Positions 45,695 to 59,658 of a stretch of DNA of 64,000 bases are shown here, piece after piece. The notes under the pieces are model-generated. The model ran no database searches, was not told where the DNA came from, and saw only the letters and a program-made list of their open reading frames with translations. Origin of the DNA: Eledone cirrhosa (lineage: Eukaryota); contig OZ024741.1 of assembly GCA_964016885.1 (NCBI GenBank), forward strand, positions 156,798,001-156,862,000, written 5' to 3'. Within the stretch, counting starts at the first letter, position 1, and each line of letters opens with the position of its first letter. The translations under genes and the position numbers were made by a program.

Positions 45695-48201
45695 AAAAAG
45701 AATGAATAATAACAGGTAGACATCATAAAAAGGTAATTTATTCTGTGTGCTTACAAATGTTTCCACAGTTGTTATACAGCCTAGTTATGCTATGTGCAAA
45801 TTTATAACTATTTGCAAAACTCAATTATCAAATGCTGTGACCACTGTATCATCAGAGCAGAATGGTTAAAATGTACAATGTAAATACCCTTAAGTGAGGT
45901 TATTGGGGAAGATAGAGTAGAAAGGGAAGAGAGAAAAGAAAGGGAGAGGGAGACAGAGATATGCTGGGGTTGGAGAAATGGGAGAGAGTAGTTTGTAGAT
46001 ATCTTAATCAAAATGTTGTGGTAGGGGTTTTATTATACTGGTTACTCTTAAAGCGACCACCTTAAGCAATGCGTTGATAGTCAAGGTTGGAATTATTTAT
46101 TACCACAGAGGGCAGGTACATAGATGTGGAGAGGGATGGAGGTGGACCTAGGGTGAGAGAGAGAGAGGGGGAGGAATGGATAGAGAGGGAGAGATAGAGA
46201 GGGGACAGACGAAAGCTATGGGATGGGTGTAATTTGAGTTCATAGTAGTACAAATTGCACTAAGTTTCCATTTATAGTGATAAGCAGGGTATTGTCTTGT
46301 AGTGTGGGGGGGGAGAAGGTGGTTAGCTAGAAAGCAATGTTATAGTTACGGGTTCGAATGTTAAGTTATTTTATAGTGAGAGAATTTAGCCTTCAGTTTG
46401 TGGTTGCAGTATAATGATCGTTCGATTCTATCATTTAGTAATTTATTTTTGGATTTTAAGATGTAAAAGATTTCAAGGTTACATAACCTACAGTACTTCA
46501 ATCCACTCCGATATGCACTAGCGCTGGAAAGTATATCCCATTTCAAGGTGAACTGTTGGTTGCGTTCACGGAGTTGCCAGGTCTTGTTGGCGAGCGTGGT
46601 CACAAAACGGTGATTAGGATGTTTAATTGAGAATCGATGACGATACCAGCGAGATTTAAAGGAGGTAGTGGTAGACCCGATGTAATACCATTTCTGGTCG
46701 TTCGATTCAACAGTGCATTGGTAAACAATGTTGGACTTTAGGCATTTATTCTTCAATGGACATCTTTCAGGTAGGTGGCAGTTACAGTTTTTGTTGTGGG
46801 TAGCGGGTAAAGGTGGGTTGTGTAATACCCGTCTCACATTTCGTGGTTGGGAGGCCGATATTACGGTATGTTCCTCTGTTATTAAAATATTTTGTTTTGT
46901 AGTGTTGTTTAATTGCTTTAAGTTAAGTTTTTTTATGTATGCTTCAAGGTTTGGTGCCGTGGAGTATGATAGTTTAATAGTTTTAGAGTTCAGAATTTTA
47001 CTGTATTTAAGGGAACTAGGAAAATGCTTGTCGATTAACTTAAAGAATGAAAGAGATAGTTTTGTACTAATCGAAGCATTAAAAATAGGATTATACCAGA
47101 TATACTTTCTACAACGTGATTTATTTGGTGATGATTTTCTATTATTAGTATGTCTGGTGGTACTGCATGTGTGCGCTTGTATTTCAGTGCCCCGGTTACA
47201 TATTCTTTGATTCCGTGTAGAGCTATGTGTGTTATGGAGATTCTTGTCAATCTATTCTATTGTATCCCAGTGGTCGGCATTCCTTAATGCATTATTATAA
47301 TATTCAGCATGTTCACTGAAAATCTCGGAGTCAGACGATAGGCGAGAGATGCTAAGAGAAATACTACGGGGAACCGATTTGATCATGGAAAGTGGGTGGT
47401 TTGAGTTAAAATTGATATAGGTAATGTTCTCATTTATCTTGTGGAAGGGTCGTATCAGTCCGGTATTTAAATTAAGAGTTGTCTAGAAAATTTACTACTT
47501 TAAGATTGTATTCGTACGTTATTTTTAGACCCAGTTCGCTAAAAGATTTTCTAATGTTTTTCCGTAGCCTTTCAAGATTTTGGTTATTTAAGTAATTAAC
47601 TAATAAGAGCCCGTCATCTCTATATATTCCCCCCTGTAGATTACTTAATTTATCATGTAGTATGTGGGCTATGTAAATTCCCACAAGATCGGTGACCTCC
47701 GCTGAGTCGTTGGAACCCATGGTAATGTCGAAGTTTGTGGGTCTGTCCTTACGTTCCCAGTAGCAGTTATCAAACTTGATAATAGTTTTTCTAGCCTCTA
47801 GAATAATATTAATTTCGTCCTCCGTTAGGTTGGAATTGACTTTAGCAAACGATAGGGCCTTACGTAAAGTGCCCGGTGAGATTGAAGCGTAGTATTCGTC
47901 TATGTCAAATTGTATAAACCTAGATTTATTCTTGTTCTTAACGTTAGTGTTGCCCGATAATTTAATTTCTATTTTCTTTTTCAATTGAGTTATTACTCAG
48001 TCAAGTATATATTTGCTAATTTTTCCTATGTCTGATTTAGAAGGGCATATAAGTCTAATCTTAGGGCTAGAGTCAAAATTTACCTTATGGTGCTTCAGGT
48101 TAAAGGTAGGGCTTGCGGGTATAATCGGCTCGGTTCTATCGTCTATCTTGAGATTCTTCACCACCTTGTATGCCTCGTTGTTAATATTTGCTAGCGTAGT
48201 T

Positions 48202-48205
<4 letters not shown>
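45695..48205 (-). mobile_element. Naiad-like PLE, 5'-truncated, frameshifted RT + GIY-YIG + 3' UTR
   Basis: FIQFDIDEYYASI, FDITMGSNDSAEVTDLVG, GIYRDDGL, CNC..CPLKNKC, YYIGSTTTSFKSRW, CRLC..CNH. Confidence 0.92.
45748..45859 (-). ncRNA. Type I hammerhead with large stem II insert in PLE 3' UTR
   Basis: tgct-CTGATGA-tacagt...actgtg-GAAA-CATTTG-TA-agca. Confidence 0.72.
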
Positions 48206-48290
<85 letters not shown>

Positions 48291-48294
<4 letters not shown>

Positions 48295-48960
48295 TCAGCG
48301 AGAATCGCATTTCGGCGGGTAGAAATTAGCGAAACACAACTTCCTACTTGTGTTGATAAGCGCTCTATGGGTATGAAGATACCAGAGCTATAAACATAAG
48401 TTAAAAAGGTCATACAAAACTGAGACGGTGATTAAGAAGCCATTAATCACCTAAGCCAAAAAGGCGAACAAGCTAAACGGGTCAAACAAAATAAGATATG
48501 ATTGAAATAGTTACCCGAACCCTCGGGAAAGATGGTATACTCCGATATAGGGTTTCTGCGACACCTAAATCAATAATACTGTCTGCTTATAAAAAATAAT
48601 AAGCTTTTGGTATAATGATCGAACAAGGAATCACTTTCTCAACAGGCATTTTGTTCTTCGTGCGCCAGAATCTCACAGGGTATGAAAGCACATGTGAGGT
48701 TCTAAGGGGAGAAAACCCCTATTTTTCCCAGTGAATTCAGCATATGTAGTTATTGCAAAAATTTGCAAAAATAGCACAAAACGAATTAAGCTCTCGACCG
48801 AGTTGTTATTAAAATAAACTTAAGCGATTAATCAGTCAATAGAATTAACTAAAAGAGCCCCAAAAATGAACTGCTTAATCGCTAGACTTGGGAGGTTAAT
48901 ACAAATATATATTTAGCTAGAATCGCATTTCGGCGGGTAGAAATTACCGAAACGCAACTA
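48291..48960 (-). repeat. Diverged member of the ~610-bp family, ~1.08 copies
   Basis: agaatcgcatttcggcgggtagaaatta at ~48301 and ~48919; gacacctaaatcaataatactgtctgctta matches 37803-37832 reversed. Confidence 0.8.
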
Positions 48961-49033
48961 TATATATATGTATATATATATATGTATATATATATATGTG
49001 TGTGTGTATATATATATATATATGTGTGAGGGC

Positions 49034-50039
<1,006 letters not shown>

Positions 50040-50443
50040 ATATATATATATATGAGGGCGGGGTATATATATATGTATGTATGTATGTATATATATATAT
50101 ACCACAAACGAATCAGAGAAATGTAGACTTTCAAAAATCTATATTCAGATCATGTAAAACACACAAACCGACAATTACTAAAAGATCAAATACTGAAAGA
50201 AGACGAAATACTGAAAACGTCACATGAATATATTGAAACAAGTCCTGATAAAAAGGCGGCACTTCCTTCGTTTTCTCTCTAAATTGAATCTTTGCTCTTT
50301 AGAATGTTCTGTTTACAATGAAATATGAGTGAGAGGGTATGGAATGAGGTTGTTTTTAATATTGTATCAACCTATTGCTCCATTAATTCTAATATTAAAG
50401 GTTTTGTTTCTATTGTTAGCTTACGTACGTAAATCACGTACCG

Positions 50444-50632
50444 ATAATTGTTTCTACGTTAGGCACAAGGCCAGCAATTATCCAGTGCATTACTGGTACT
50501 TTATTTTATCGACCCCGTAAGGATGAAAGGCAAAGTCAACCTCGGCGGGATTTGAACTCAGATTGTAAAGGGACGTAACTATGCTGGGGAGCATGGCGTC
50601 CGACCCTCTACCGATACTGCCAGTCCACACCG
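50444..50632 (-). mobile_element. Full-length tRNA-derived SINE
   Basis: A box tggcagtatcgg, B box gagttcaaatcc, core gttgactttgcctttcatccttacggggtcgataaa, tail gtagaaacaattat. Partial copy at 62408-62513. Confidence 0.85.
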
Positions 50633-50666
50633 ATAATGAAAGTTAACCATATATTTACGTAGATAG

Positions 50667-51110
50667 GTATGTATGTATGTATGTATGTATGTATGTATGT
50701 ATGTATGTATGTATGTATGTATGTACGTATGTATATATGTTTATATGGGTGTAAATACAATATATGTGTGTAAGTATATATATATATATGTATGTATGTA
50801 TGTTTGTATGGGTGTATGCATACATGTATGGGTGTATGTATCTATGTATGTATTAATGTATTAATGTATGCAAGCATGTATGGGTGTAAGTATGTATGTA
50901 TTTATGTATGCATATATGGGTGCATGTATGTATGTATGGGTGTATGTATGGATGGATGGATACATGCATGTTTGTATGGGTGTAGATTGTATGTATGTAT
51001 GTATTTATGTATGTATTGATGGATGGATGGATGGATTTATGTATGTATGTATTTATGTATGTATGCATGCGTGTATGGGTGGGTGCATTCATTATGTATG
51101 TATGCATTAT
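50667..51110. repeat. Degenerate (TATG)n tetramer satellite
   Basis: Long gtat/ggat/gggt variant array. Confidence 0.9.
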
Positions 51111-51732
51111 CAATGGTTTCATAACCATGTTTAGTAATGCAAGAATAAATTAAACATATAGAGAGCTAGATGAATAGATAAATAGACAGACAGATAGACT
51201 GCATATATATATATATGCATATATATATATGCATATATATATATATGCATATATATATATATATATTCAGTACTATACGAACATGCCAGACACCAACACG
51301 ACGGTAACATAGACAACATAGAAATTAGAATAATATCTAAACATAGAAATGACCCAGCAGATAGGCAAATGAGAGAGGCCAGCGAAATAGAACTTAGAAG
51401 GCCAAGGCTAAACAGAAAAAAATGAATGGAATAACAACAAAACCCAAACAAACAATACTGACCTAAGAGAAGTATAAATAAATAAATAAATAAATAAATA
51501 CATACACAAGCACAATAACAACAAACACATATAAACACATGCTAGTAAACTATGATAGAATACAATAACCGATACACAGTCACCCAAACACGAAAACACA
51601 TCAAACAAAACACTATACACACACGCAAACGCAAGCGCAGAGAAGACAAAAAAATAAACAAATAAATAAATAAATAAACAGACCAAATAAAGATGGCGTA
51701 GACATACAATGCAACAGAAGGAAACATAATAG

Positions 51733-51776
51733 CACCACTGACGATGTTGCAGATGTGCAACGAAAGAACTTTGTTA
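51733..51776 (+). ncRNA. Hammerhead motif
   Basis: CTGACGA-t-gttgca-gatg-tgcaac-GAAA-gaac-tt. Stem II differs in sequence but stays paired relative to the 3541-3582 copy. Confidence 0.65.
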
Positions 51777-51995
51777 GACTATATATATGTGTTTGTGTCT
51801 ATATTGTATCTGTATTTTTGACCGTTGGTCAGTCAATGGCAACATTGAGGACCGAATGAATTAAATTAACCGATATAAAAGACAGAGAAGCGAAAACCAA
51901 CCAAAGAGTCAGTGTGTTCTGTTATTAATTCTGGCAATATTATTACACAAATATGACCCTCCCCAAGTATAACAATATATATATATATATATATA

Positions 51996-52179
51996 ACGAA
52001 GGAAATGTGGTAAGGAACCAGGTTGTCCACAACGCACCAAAGTACTCAATACTTAGGGTAGTAGAGTGGGTAATAGGAACAAGTAAGACCCCGACGGCTG
52101 AGCTCAAGCCGTTTCGACAGCTAATTCTAGAATTAGCCGTCGAAACGGCTTGAGCTCAGCCGTCGGGGTCTTACTTGTT

Positions 52180-52182
<3 letters not shown>
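51996..52182. mobile_element. Twin-arm mini insertion; same family and termini as 9818-9979
   Basis: ~55-bp arms meeting at gctaattctagaattagc; GAAA follows, suggesting fold-back inside an HHR stem II. Confidence 0.85.
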
Positions 52183-52274
<92 letters not shown>

Positions 52275-52854
52275 TTTCATACAAATAATTTTTTATTCTC
52301 AAAACTCTTTTAGATACACACGAATACATACATATTTGTGTGTATGTGTGTGTATATATACATACATATATGTTTAAATACGAACATACATACTTACACA
52401 TATACATATATATATATGTGTGTGTGTGTATGCATAAATGCTTACATACATACGTACATACAAACATATATACATACATACAAATGCATGTATAGATACA
52501 TATATATGAACATAACAACGTGTATATATAGCATCAAATACACAGGAGATTATTTGACAATGAATTAAAAGCCCAGGGAAATGAAAAATGCAAAGAAATT
52601 CTCATTAAGATATGTCACGTGATCCAACCAATTTCTTTTCCAATTCAACCAGAAATTAGATGATGTTTATAATAAATAGTTTTTCATTAAAATTCATTGA
52701 AATATCGTCTTTAACTCTCTACAAGATTTAGTTTTAATTTATAGTTGTACCTCTTTATTTGCATTTTGATTTATTATTGTACTTTTTATTTCATATATAC
52801 TCAATATATATATATATATATATATACTCAATATATATATATATATATATATAT

Positions 52855-55561
52855 GCAAAAGTTTTATTTAAAATTGTTGGGTTACAACGAGTAAATATTT
52901 TATAACTGATATAAAGTACTCAACAAGTTTTGGAGTAGATATACGATATTGAACAAATGGAAACTATATTTATAAAACCATATTTATTTCATTATACATA
53001 TTTCAGGGATACCATATTAAAAATATGGCATGCCTTCTTCAGATAAAATACAATATATAAGCAGTTTTATAAATAAATTTGACGTACCATAAATATTGAT
53101 GAACTTCCATTTAAGAGGTTGGTTTGGTAGTGAAATGTTTATAAATATTTAGTGTTAAGCACAGTTAGAAAGAAAGACGGAAAAAAGGAAGAAATGTATG
53201 TAAAGAAAAACAGAGAGAGATAGAGAGAGATATGGGAGAGAGAAATAGTGAGGAGGTGAAAAATGAGAGGCAGCTGAGGCAACAGATGAATAATAATAAT
53301 TCATCATACAAATTGAGATATTTAGGAGGGAGGGGGTACTGTAATTATTTATTTATTTATTTATTTAGTTATAGTGTTAAGGAGACGGAGAGAAATAAAA
53401 AATAAATAAAGAGAAAACAGAGAGGTAGAGAAAGATAGAGGTGGGCGGAAAAAAGAGGTAGACCGAATAATAATAATTATACATGGGGAGGTGAGAGAAA
53501 TGGGAGAGAGGTAAGAGAGAAAACAATAGAGAAGCTCGAGAGGTAAAGTTAAAGCAGCCGATACTTAAATTTCATCATGTATAGAGGGAGGAGAAGAAAG
53601 AGCTATATCTAGAGAGAAGGATGGCAGATTTACAACTTTACGTTATGTCCTATCAATTTGAATTATCAATTCATATGAATTGGGTATTATAATGTAAATA
53701 TCAATATTCATGAATGAGACATAGATATATAATGTGTGAAAAATAATGACCATATGTTTAGTTTAAAAATTCTTAGGTCGATATACCAAAACCTGAGATA
53801 AAACTTCAAAAAATACGGAAATACATAAGTATATATGTACTTTCCGGAAAAAGAGAGAAAGAGAGAAGGTCATCTCAAGTTCTAGTTGACACTATAGACA
53901 TACACGTGAACTTACGTGATCAGCTCTGTAATTTCTTATTTCACATGAAAAAATGTTCCCTTGCGTTATAAAAGATTTTACTATATATATACATACATAT
54001 ATATACATAAAAATATATATTAATATTAATATTCCTGCCCTCACATACATTATTATCGTTCATGTATAGAATAGACAACAGATATTAATATATCAAAACG
54101 CTAAGAATACCTTCATCACTCCCTAGAGTATCTAGGGCCGTAAAAAACACAGTATGCCCCCCATATCAACCACAGAAATCTACCCTTCCAATTTATCTGA
54201 CAATATATTGCCAAGTTCATTAGAAGCAATCAGAATCAAAAAGCAAACAAAAAACCAAAATTATTCAACAAAACTTATTTAGCAGAAATCATTTAAAAGA
54301 TTTAGGAGACCCTGTTGTTCTACAGATGCTCTTATATTTAGTATAGAAGTTTATCTAGCGTAAAATTTATTCAATAGATTGGGAGCATCAACATTTTAGG
54401 GTAGTTTAATTACATCATTAGTATATATATATGAAGAAGGTTTAAAAAAGAAAAAGTTGAAGGAATCGAAAGATTTATAGTCAGGTTTCATAATTAATTA
54501 AATATCTTAACTAAATATACTACATTTTAAATTTATATTTATATTTAAACGTTGAGTTCAATCTATGTCTGCAGCAACTGAATAAATTGCTCCTTAAATT
54601 AAGGGAATTTTTAGATTTTAATATAAAGAATATCTCCTCCACGCAGAGGTCACATGTCTCAGATGAGGAATTAAAAGGAATCCCTCTTAAGACTATATTC
54701 CAAAACATCGAATATCCAACGTTATCATGTTTAAGTTGCCAGAGTAAGCCTGATAGTGAAGTTGAAGATTTTTTGCTTGGATCTGTGAAAGAATTCTTAT
54801 GATTATTATAGCGAAGTTTAAATTCTGTCGAGGTAGAACCAACATAGTTAAAAGAATTTAAGTCAGTTTTAACATTACAATTGTATATTATATTTTTAAC
54901 TAAGCAATTGTTATTTAACGGACATTTAGATTTATTTCTACAGTTACAGTTGTTTAATTGAATATTGTTTAGGCTATTATCGGTATTTTGGCTAGGTTTT
55001 AGATTCCTATTATTTATTCTGTTAATATTTTGTGCTAAATTTTTGGTGGACGAGTAAGTTAATTTTATAGTATGTCTCTACCTCTCTCTTTTCTCTTTAT
55101 TTATTTTTTATTTCTCTCCGTCTCCTTAACACTATAACTAAATAAATAAATAAATAAATAATTACAGTACCCCCTCCCTCCTAAATCTCTCAATTTGTAT
55201 GATGAATTATTATTATTCATCTGTTGCCTCAGCTGCCTCTCATTTTTCACCTCCTCACTATTTCTCTCTCCCATATCTCTCTCTATCTCTCTCTGTTTTT
55301 CTTTACATACATTTCTTCCTTTTTTCTGTCTTTCTTTCTAACTGTGCTTAACACTAAATATTTATAAACATTTCACTACCAAACCAACCTCTTAAATGGA
55401 AATTCATCAATATTTATGGTACGTCAAATTTATTTATAAAACTGCTTATATATTGTATTTTATCTGAAGAAGGCATGCCATATTTTTAATATGGTATCCC
55501 TGAAATATGTATAATGAAATAAATATGGTTTTATAAATATAGTTTCCATTTGTTCAATATC

Positions 55562-55563
<2 letters not shown>
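52855..55563 (-). mobile_element. Naiad-like PLE 3' part (GIY-YIG + long UTR) with inverted arm
   Basis: EN at 54520-55075 (CNCRNKSKCPLNNNC, YVGSTSTEFKLRY, CDLC..CCRH). 55079-55563 is the reverse complement of ~52941-53430; the left arm is ~85 nt longer. Confidence 0.9.
55456..55521 (+). ncRNA. Type I hammerhead (mirror copy 52985-53050, minus)
   Basis: tattttat-CTGAAGA-aggcatgccatatt..aatatggtatccct-GAAA-TATGTA-TA-atgaaata. Confidence 0.85.
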
Positions 55564-55607
<44 letters not shown>

Positions 55608-55618
55608 TTTTAGGAACT

Positions 55619-55724
55619 GCCTACAGCACCTAGCTTTCTCAAGCGGTCACCCATATAAGTACTAAGTAGGCTCAACGTTGCTTAACTTCGGACGAGAACC
55701 GATGTTTTCAGCGTGATATGACCG

Positions 55725-55728
<4 letters not shown>
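55619..55728 (-). pseudogene. 5S rRNA pseudogene
   Basis: tacggtcatatcacgctgaaaacatcggttctcgtccga[7-nt deletion]agttaagcaacg..ttagtactta.atgggtgaccgct.g.gaa....ggtgctgtaggc matches the metazoan 5S layout. Confidence 0.9.
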
Positions 55729-55791
<63 letters not shown>

Positions 55792-55814
55792 GTGAGTATG
55801 TGTGTGTGGGTGTG

Positions 55815-56775
55815 TAACGTTGAAAGAGATAGAAGGCTAAACAATGCAAAATAGACTGTAAGATGAGGTAACGAAGAGTAAGTTACCTGGTAATCTTTGT
55901 CCTGTTTGTTTCTCTTTTTTGTTCTTGTTCTTTTTTTCTGTGCAATATTTCGGGAGCTAAAAGTGCCTTCTTCAGGGTTTATGGAACTTTCCAATTTCCT
56001 CTATTTGGAATTGAATTTTGATTTTGATTTACATTTTTCTAAGTCGTTTTCAAGCATTTTTCTATTGTTATTTCGCTCTCCACGAGAATGACGTCAATTG
56101 CCAATCTAGTATTTCGTGAAATCAATTTTCTTTTTGTATGAGATGTTTAGTTTGTGTACCTGTGGGTGTGTCTTTTCATGTTAAGTGTGCTGAGTTCTAA
56201 TCTATTATTTATTTGCGGGTTGAGTCTATATATGAGCAAGGCTTCCTTAATTCTTAAATTGCCCACATTTCTATGACTGTCTTTAATAGTAACGGTGATA
56301 TGTTGGTTGATATTTCTACATTTGTCAATGTGTTTTTTGAATGATGATACGTGTGTGCTGAGGTGTCCTTTAATGTGAATGTTGAGTGCTCGAGTCGTGC
56401 TACCAATGTAGAACACCTTACATTTGTTGCATTCAATTCAGTATACTACATGTGTCCGCTGGCACATAAATGTATCGCGGATAAGAAAGTTAGTCAGCCA
56501 GCATTGATTGTTGTTGTCTCTGGATTGCTTTTGAGACAGGTATCCACACAGTGAAGGGCCGCAATGTGCTAATTGTATGTCCAGTTCTTCTTTGTGGATA
56601 GCTCAGCAGATAGCTGTGGTTATGCTTTCGCTGAAATGTAGTAATTTCATGAAGCAGGTGTTAGAGGAGTTTTTATGCCTGCAGCACCTTCGATTCTTAA
56701 TTCGATTCAATGTGGGTGTTGGGTATCCGTTCCTCTTCAGTATATCTATGAAATGCGAAGTGTGAGTGATTTGGT
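55815..56775 (-). mobile_element. Poseidon/Penelope-like PLE 3' fragment
   Basis: ILKRNGYP, FYIGSTTRAL..H, LRIKEALLI..NPQIN; decayed HHR CTGAAGA-agg..ccc-GAAA-tatt at 55942-55978. Confidence 0.75.
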
Positions 56776-56953
56776 CCTGTGTGCATGTATATATAAGTAT
56801 ATATATATGTATGCATATATGTGTAGATATGTGTATATGTGTATGTATGTATGTGTATATATGTTTGTGTGTATGCATTTATATATATATAGCTTTAAAC
56901 TATCTCTGTTATTGTATTAAATATATATATATATATATACATATGTGTGTGTG

Positions 56954-56991
<38 letters not shown>

Positions 56992-57118
56992 TTCAAAATA
57001 TTAATAAATATAGACATTCACGTAATCAAAATATATTTTATTATATATATTTCGGAGGTACTGTGCCAAGACTGGAATTGAACCATTAGCACAGTTGAGG
57101 TATGTCATACATCTATTT

Positions 57119-57190
57119 ATATATTTTATCTGATGAGGACGTACTGAAAAAACAGCACAGTACCTCCGAAATATATATAATAAAATATAT
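57119..57190 (+). ncRNA. Type I hammerhead within twin-arm insertion 56988-57303
   Basis: Perfect 11-bp stem I atatattttat/ataaaatatat; CTGATGA; ggacgtactg/cagtacctcc; GAAA; TATATA; AUA. Confidence 0.88.
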
Positions 57191-57302
57191 TTTGATTACG
57201 TGAATGTCTATATTTATTAATATCTTGAATTAATATTAATAACTCCAGAAAACTTTCAGTTGAGTGCTTCTAATCTATTGTAAAACTATATTCATATTGG
57301 TC

Positions 57303-57392
<90 letters not shown>

Positions 57393-58055
57393 ATATAGAC
57401 TGTATGTATGCTTACATGTAGGGAAGTAAATATGTGAGCTAGCATGATTCCCCCACCTCCCCTCCCAAACCAATATCTACATCATACATTTCTGACAAAT
57501 ATTCCAAAACTATCCATAATTTTCTCTGTGACAAGAATCTTACACCTCATTAACCCCACCACCACCACCAGACGGATAACCAAATTTTTAATATAGAAAA
57601 TTGTTGAAGTTTTCTTTATAAATTTAAGATTGTTCATTCAGCTATAAGAAGAGAATTTGAAAAACACCCTGCCATTATATTCATCAAAGGTCATTTATTG
57701 AAATGGAACCAGCAGGGGGGCGCTTTTACAACCCCTTTCTAAAACACTCCTTAAACACCCCCAACACCTCCCAACTTCACTCCCAATCAATTATCATATT
57801 ATAAAATACTTTTATAAGCTGTTTACACTCATTAACATACAAAGATGTTGCCGGCCCAGCAACAATTAGATATTTGTGTTGGAGCTCTGAAATAACGATG
57901 TATATAGGAATGTACGTGGTGTATATTTAGTAATGTACTGTATGCTTATTTTAAAACATTTTGAAGGCCTTTCGCTATGAATTTACGTTAGTGGCTATAG
58001 TCACATACCTAGCGTCAGCAAAACCAAATTATATATATATATATATATATATATA

Positions 58056-58751
58056 AGTTGAAAAAATGAAAACGAAATTTCATTTCTCACTCTTAGTATG
58101 GCACTTACTTATGTAAGTTGGGTATCCGTTCCTCTTCAGTATATCTATGAAATGCGAAGTGTGAGTGATTTGGTCCTGTGTGCATGTATATATAAGTACA
58201 TATATATGTATGCATATATGTGTAGATATGTGTATATGTGTATGTATGTATGTGTATATATGTTTGTGTGTATGCATTTATATATATATAGCTTTACTGT
58301 ACGTCTGTATACATATGTGTATGTACGTATACATACATACTTACATTTAAGTAAGTGCCATACTAAGAGTGAGAAATGAAATTTCGTTTTCATTTTTTTC
58401 AACTTATTGTTTTCGGTATGCCTGACCGATTTAACTCACTCAATATGCAAATTAGGCTGCTCAGCCGTTAATTTTCATAAGGAAAGTATATACTTTCGAA
58501 CGTTCAACTATCTGGCAGATGTGTAAACGGTGCTGATGATAGCTAACAAGCTTGAAACTAGTACATCGTTCCTGTGTCAGTGTTGAACAAAAAGGTGACG
58601 TGGTTGCCTTAACACCGTATGGCATAAATTCAGGCTGTTCGCTTTGTTGACAAACAAACGAACAAAGCGGCCGGCGTTATAATAAACGTCGGCTAAACTG
58701 ATGCGTGCATATATGTATGTGTACCTGTATGCATATGTGTATATATGTATT

Positions 58752-58782
<31 letters not shown>

Positions 58783-58842
58783 GCGTGCTACTGTACGTCT
58801 GTATACATATGTGTATGTACGTATACATACATACTTACGTTT
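58056..58842 (+). mobile_element. 468-bp retrozyme-like family: short inverted arm + captured filler + ~1.1 monomer
   Basis: HHR at 58527-58569: acggtg-CTGATGA-t-agc-taacaa-gct-t-GAAA-CTAG-TA-catcgt. Confidence 0.88.
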
Positions 58843-59005
58843 ATATATATATATATATATATTAGAAAGTGAGGGGGTTTTTTTTACAAATTGAAAAATA
58901 ACCGATGTGTCCTACACGAGTGAAAGTATAAAGAAAAAGAGATGAAATCGAAAATGCAACTGGAGTCTTATTTATTTTTTTTAAATATATATATTTATTT
59001 GGTTC

Positions 59006-59041
59006 CTTTACCGGTTTCGCATTTCTTCTGCTTTTCAAAAG
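59006..59041 (-). ncRNA. Minimal hammerhead, U3-A8 variant
   Basis: ctt-TTGAAAA-gca-gaagaaa-tgc-GAAA-CCGG-TA-aag. Confidence 0.65.
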
Positions 59042-59564
59042 TAGAGCTGAGATGGAGGGTCTGTGGTTTTTCTCACATATATATATCAATTTCTGTCTGT
59101 GTGTAACCAGTTGACGTCTAAACCATTGATCCGATCCTGATAAAACTGTACACACATGTTAAGCTAATATTCAGAAACAGAACTGGCTAATTGAATTTCA
59201 ATAAAAATCAATAATAGAACCCCTGAGGACATTAAACCTTCCCTCCCACTACTCCCCTTTCTCCTCCCACAACTCAGTCCTCCAAAACGAGGCACCGATT
59301 TATTTGTTTTTTTTTTGTTCTTCATTCTGTAGAGAAAAAGAGAGCGGGGATGAGAGAGAAGAGATACGAGAGAAAGAGAGGGGATGAGAGAAGAGGGTAA
59401 AAGAGAGAGGAGGTGAGAGAGAGAGAAAGAGAGCCAACGAAAGAGAGAGGGATAGATTAGAGGAGGGTGTGAAAGAGAACAGAAAAATTAAAGCATAGTT
59501 CGATAACTAACTTTTATTTATTTATTTTTTATCGCTTGTTAACTAACTCCTTTCTTAACGTTAC

Positions 59565-59654
<90 letters not shown>

Positions 59655-59658
<4 letters not shown>

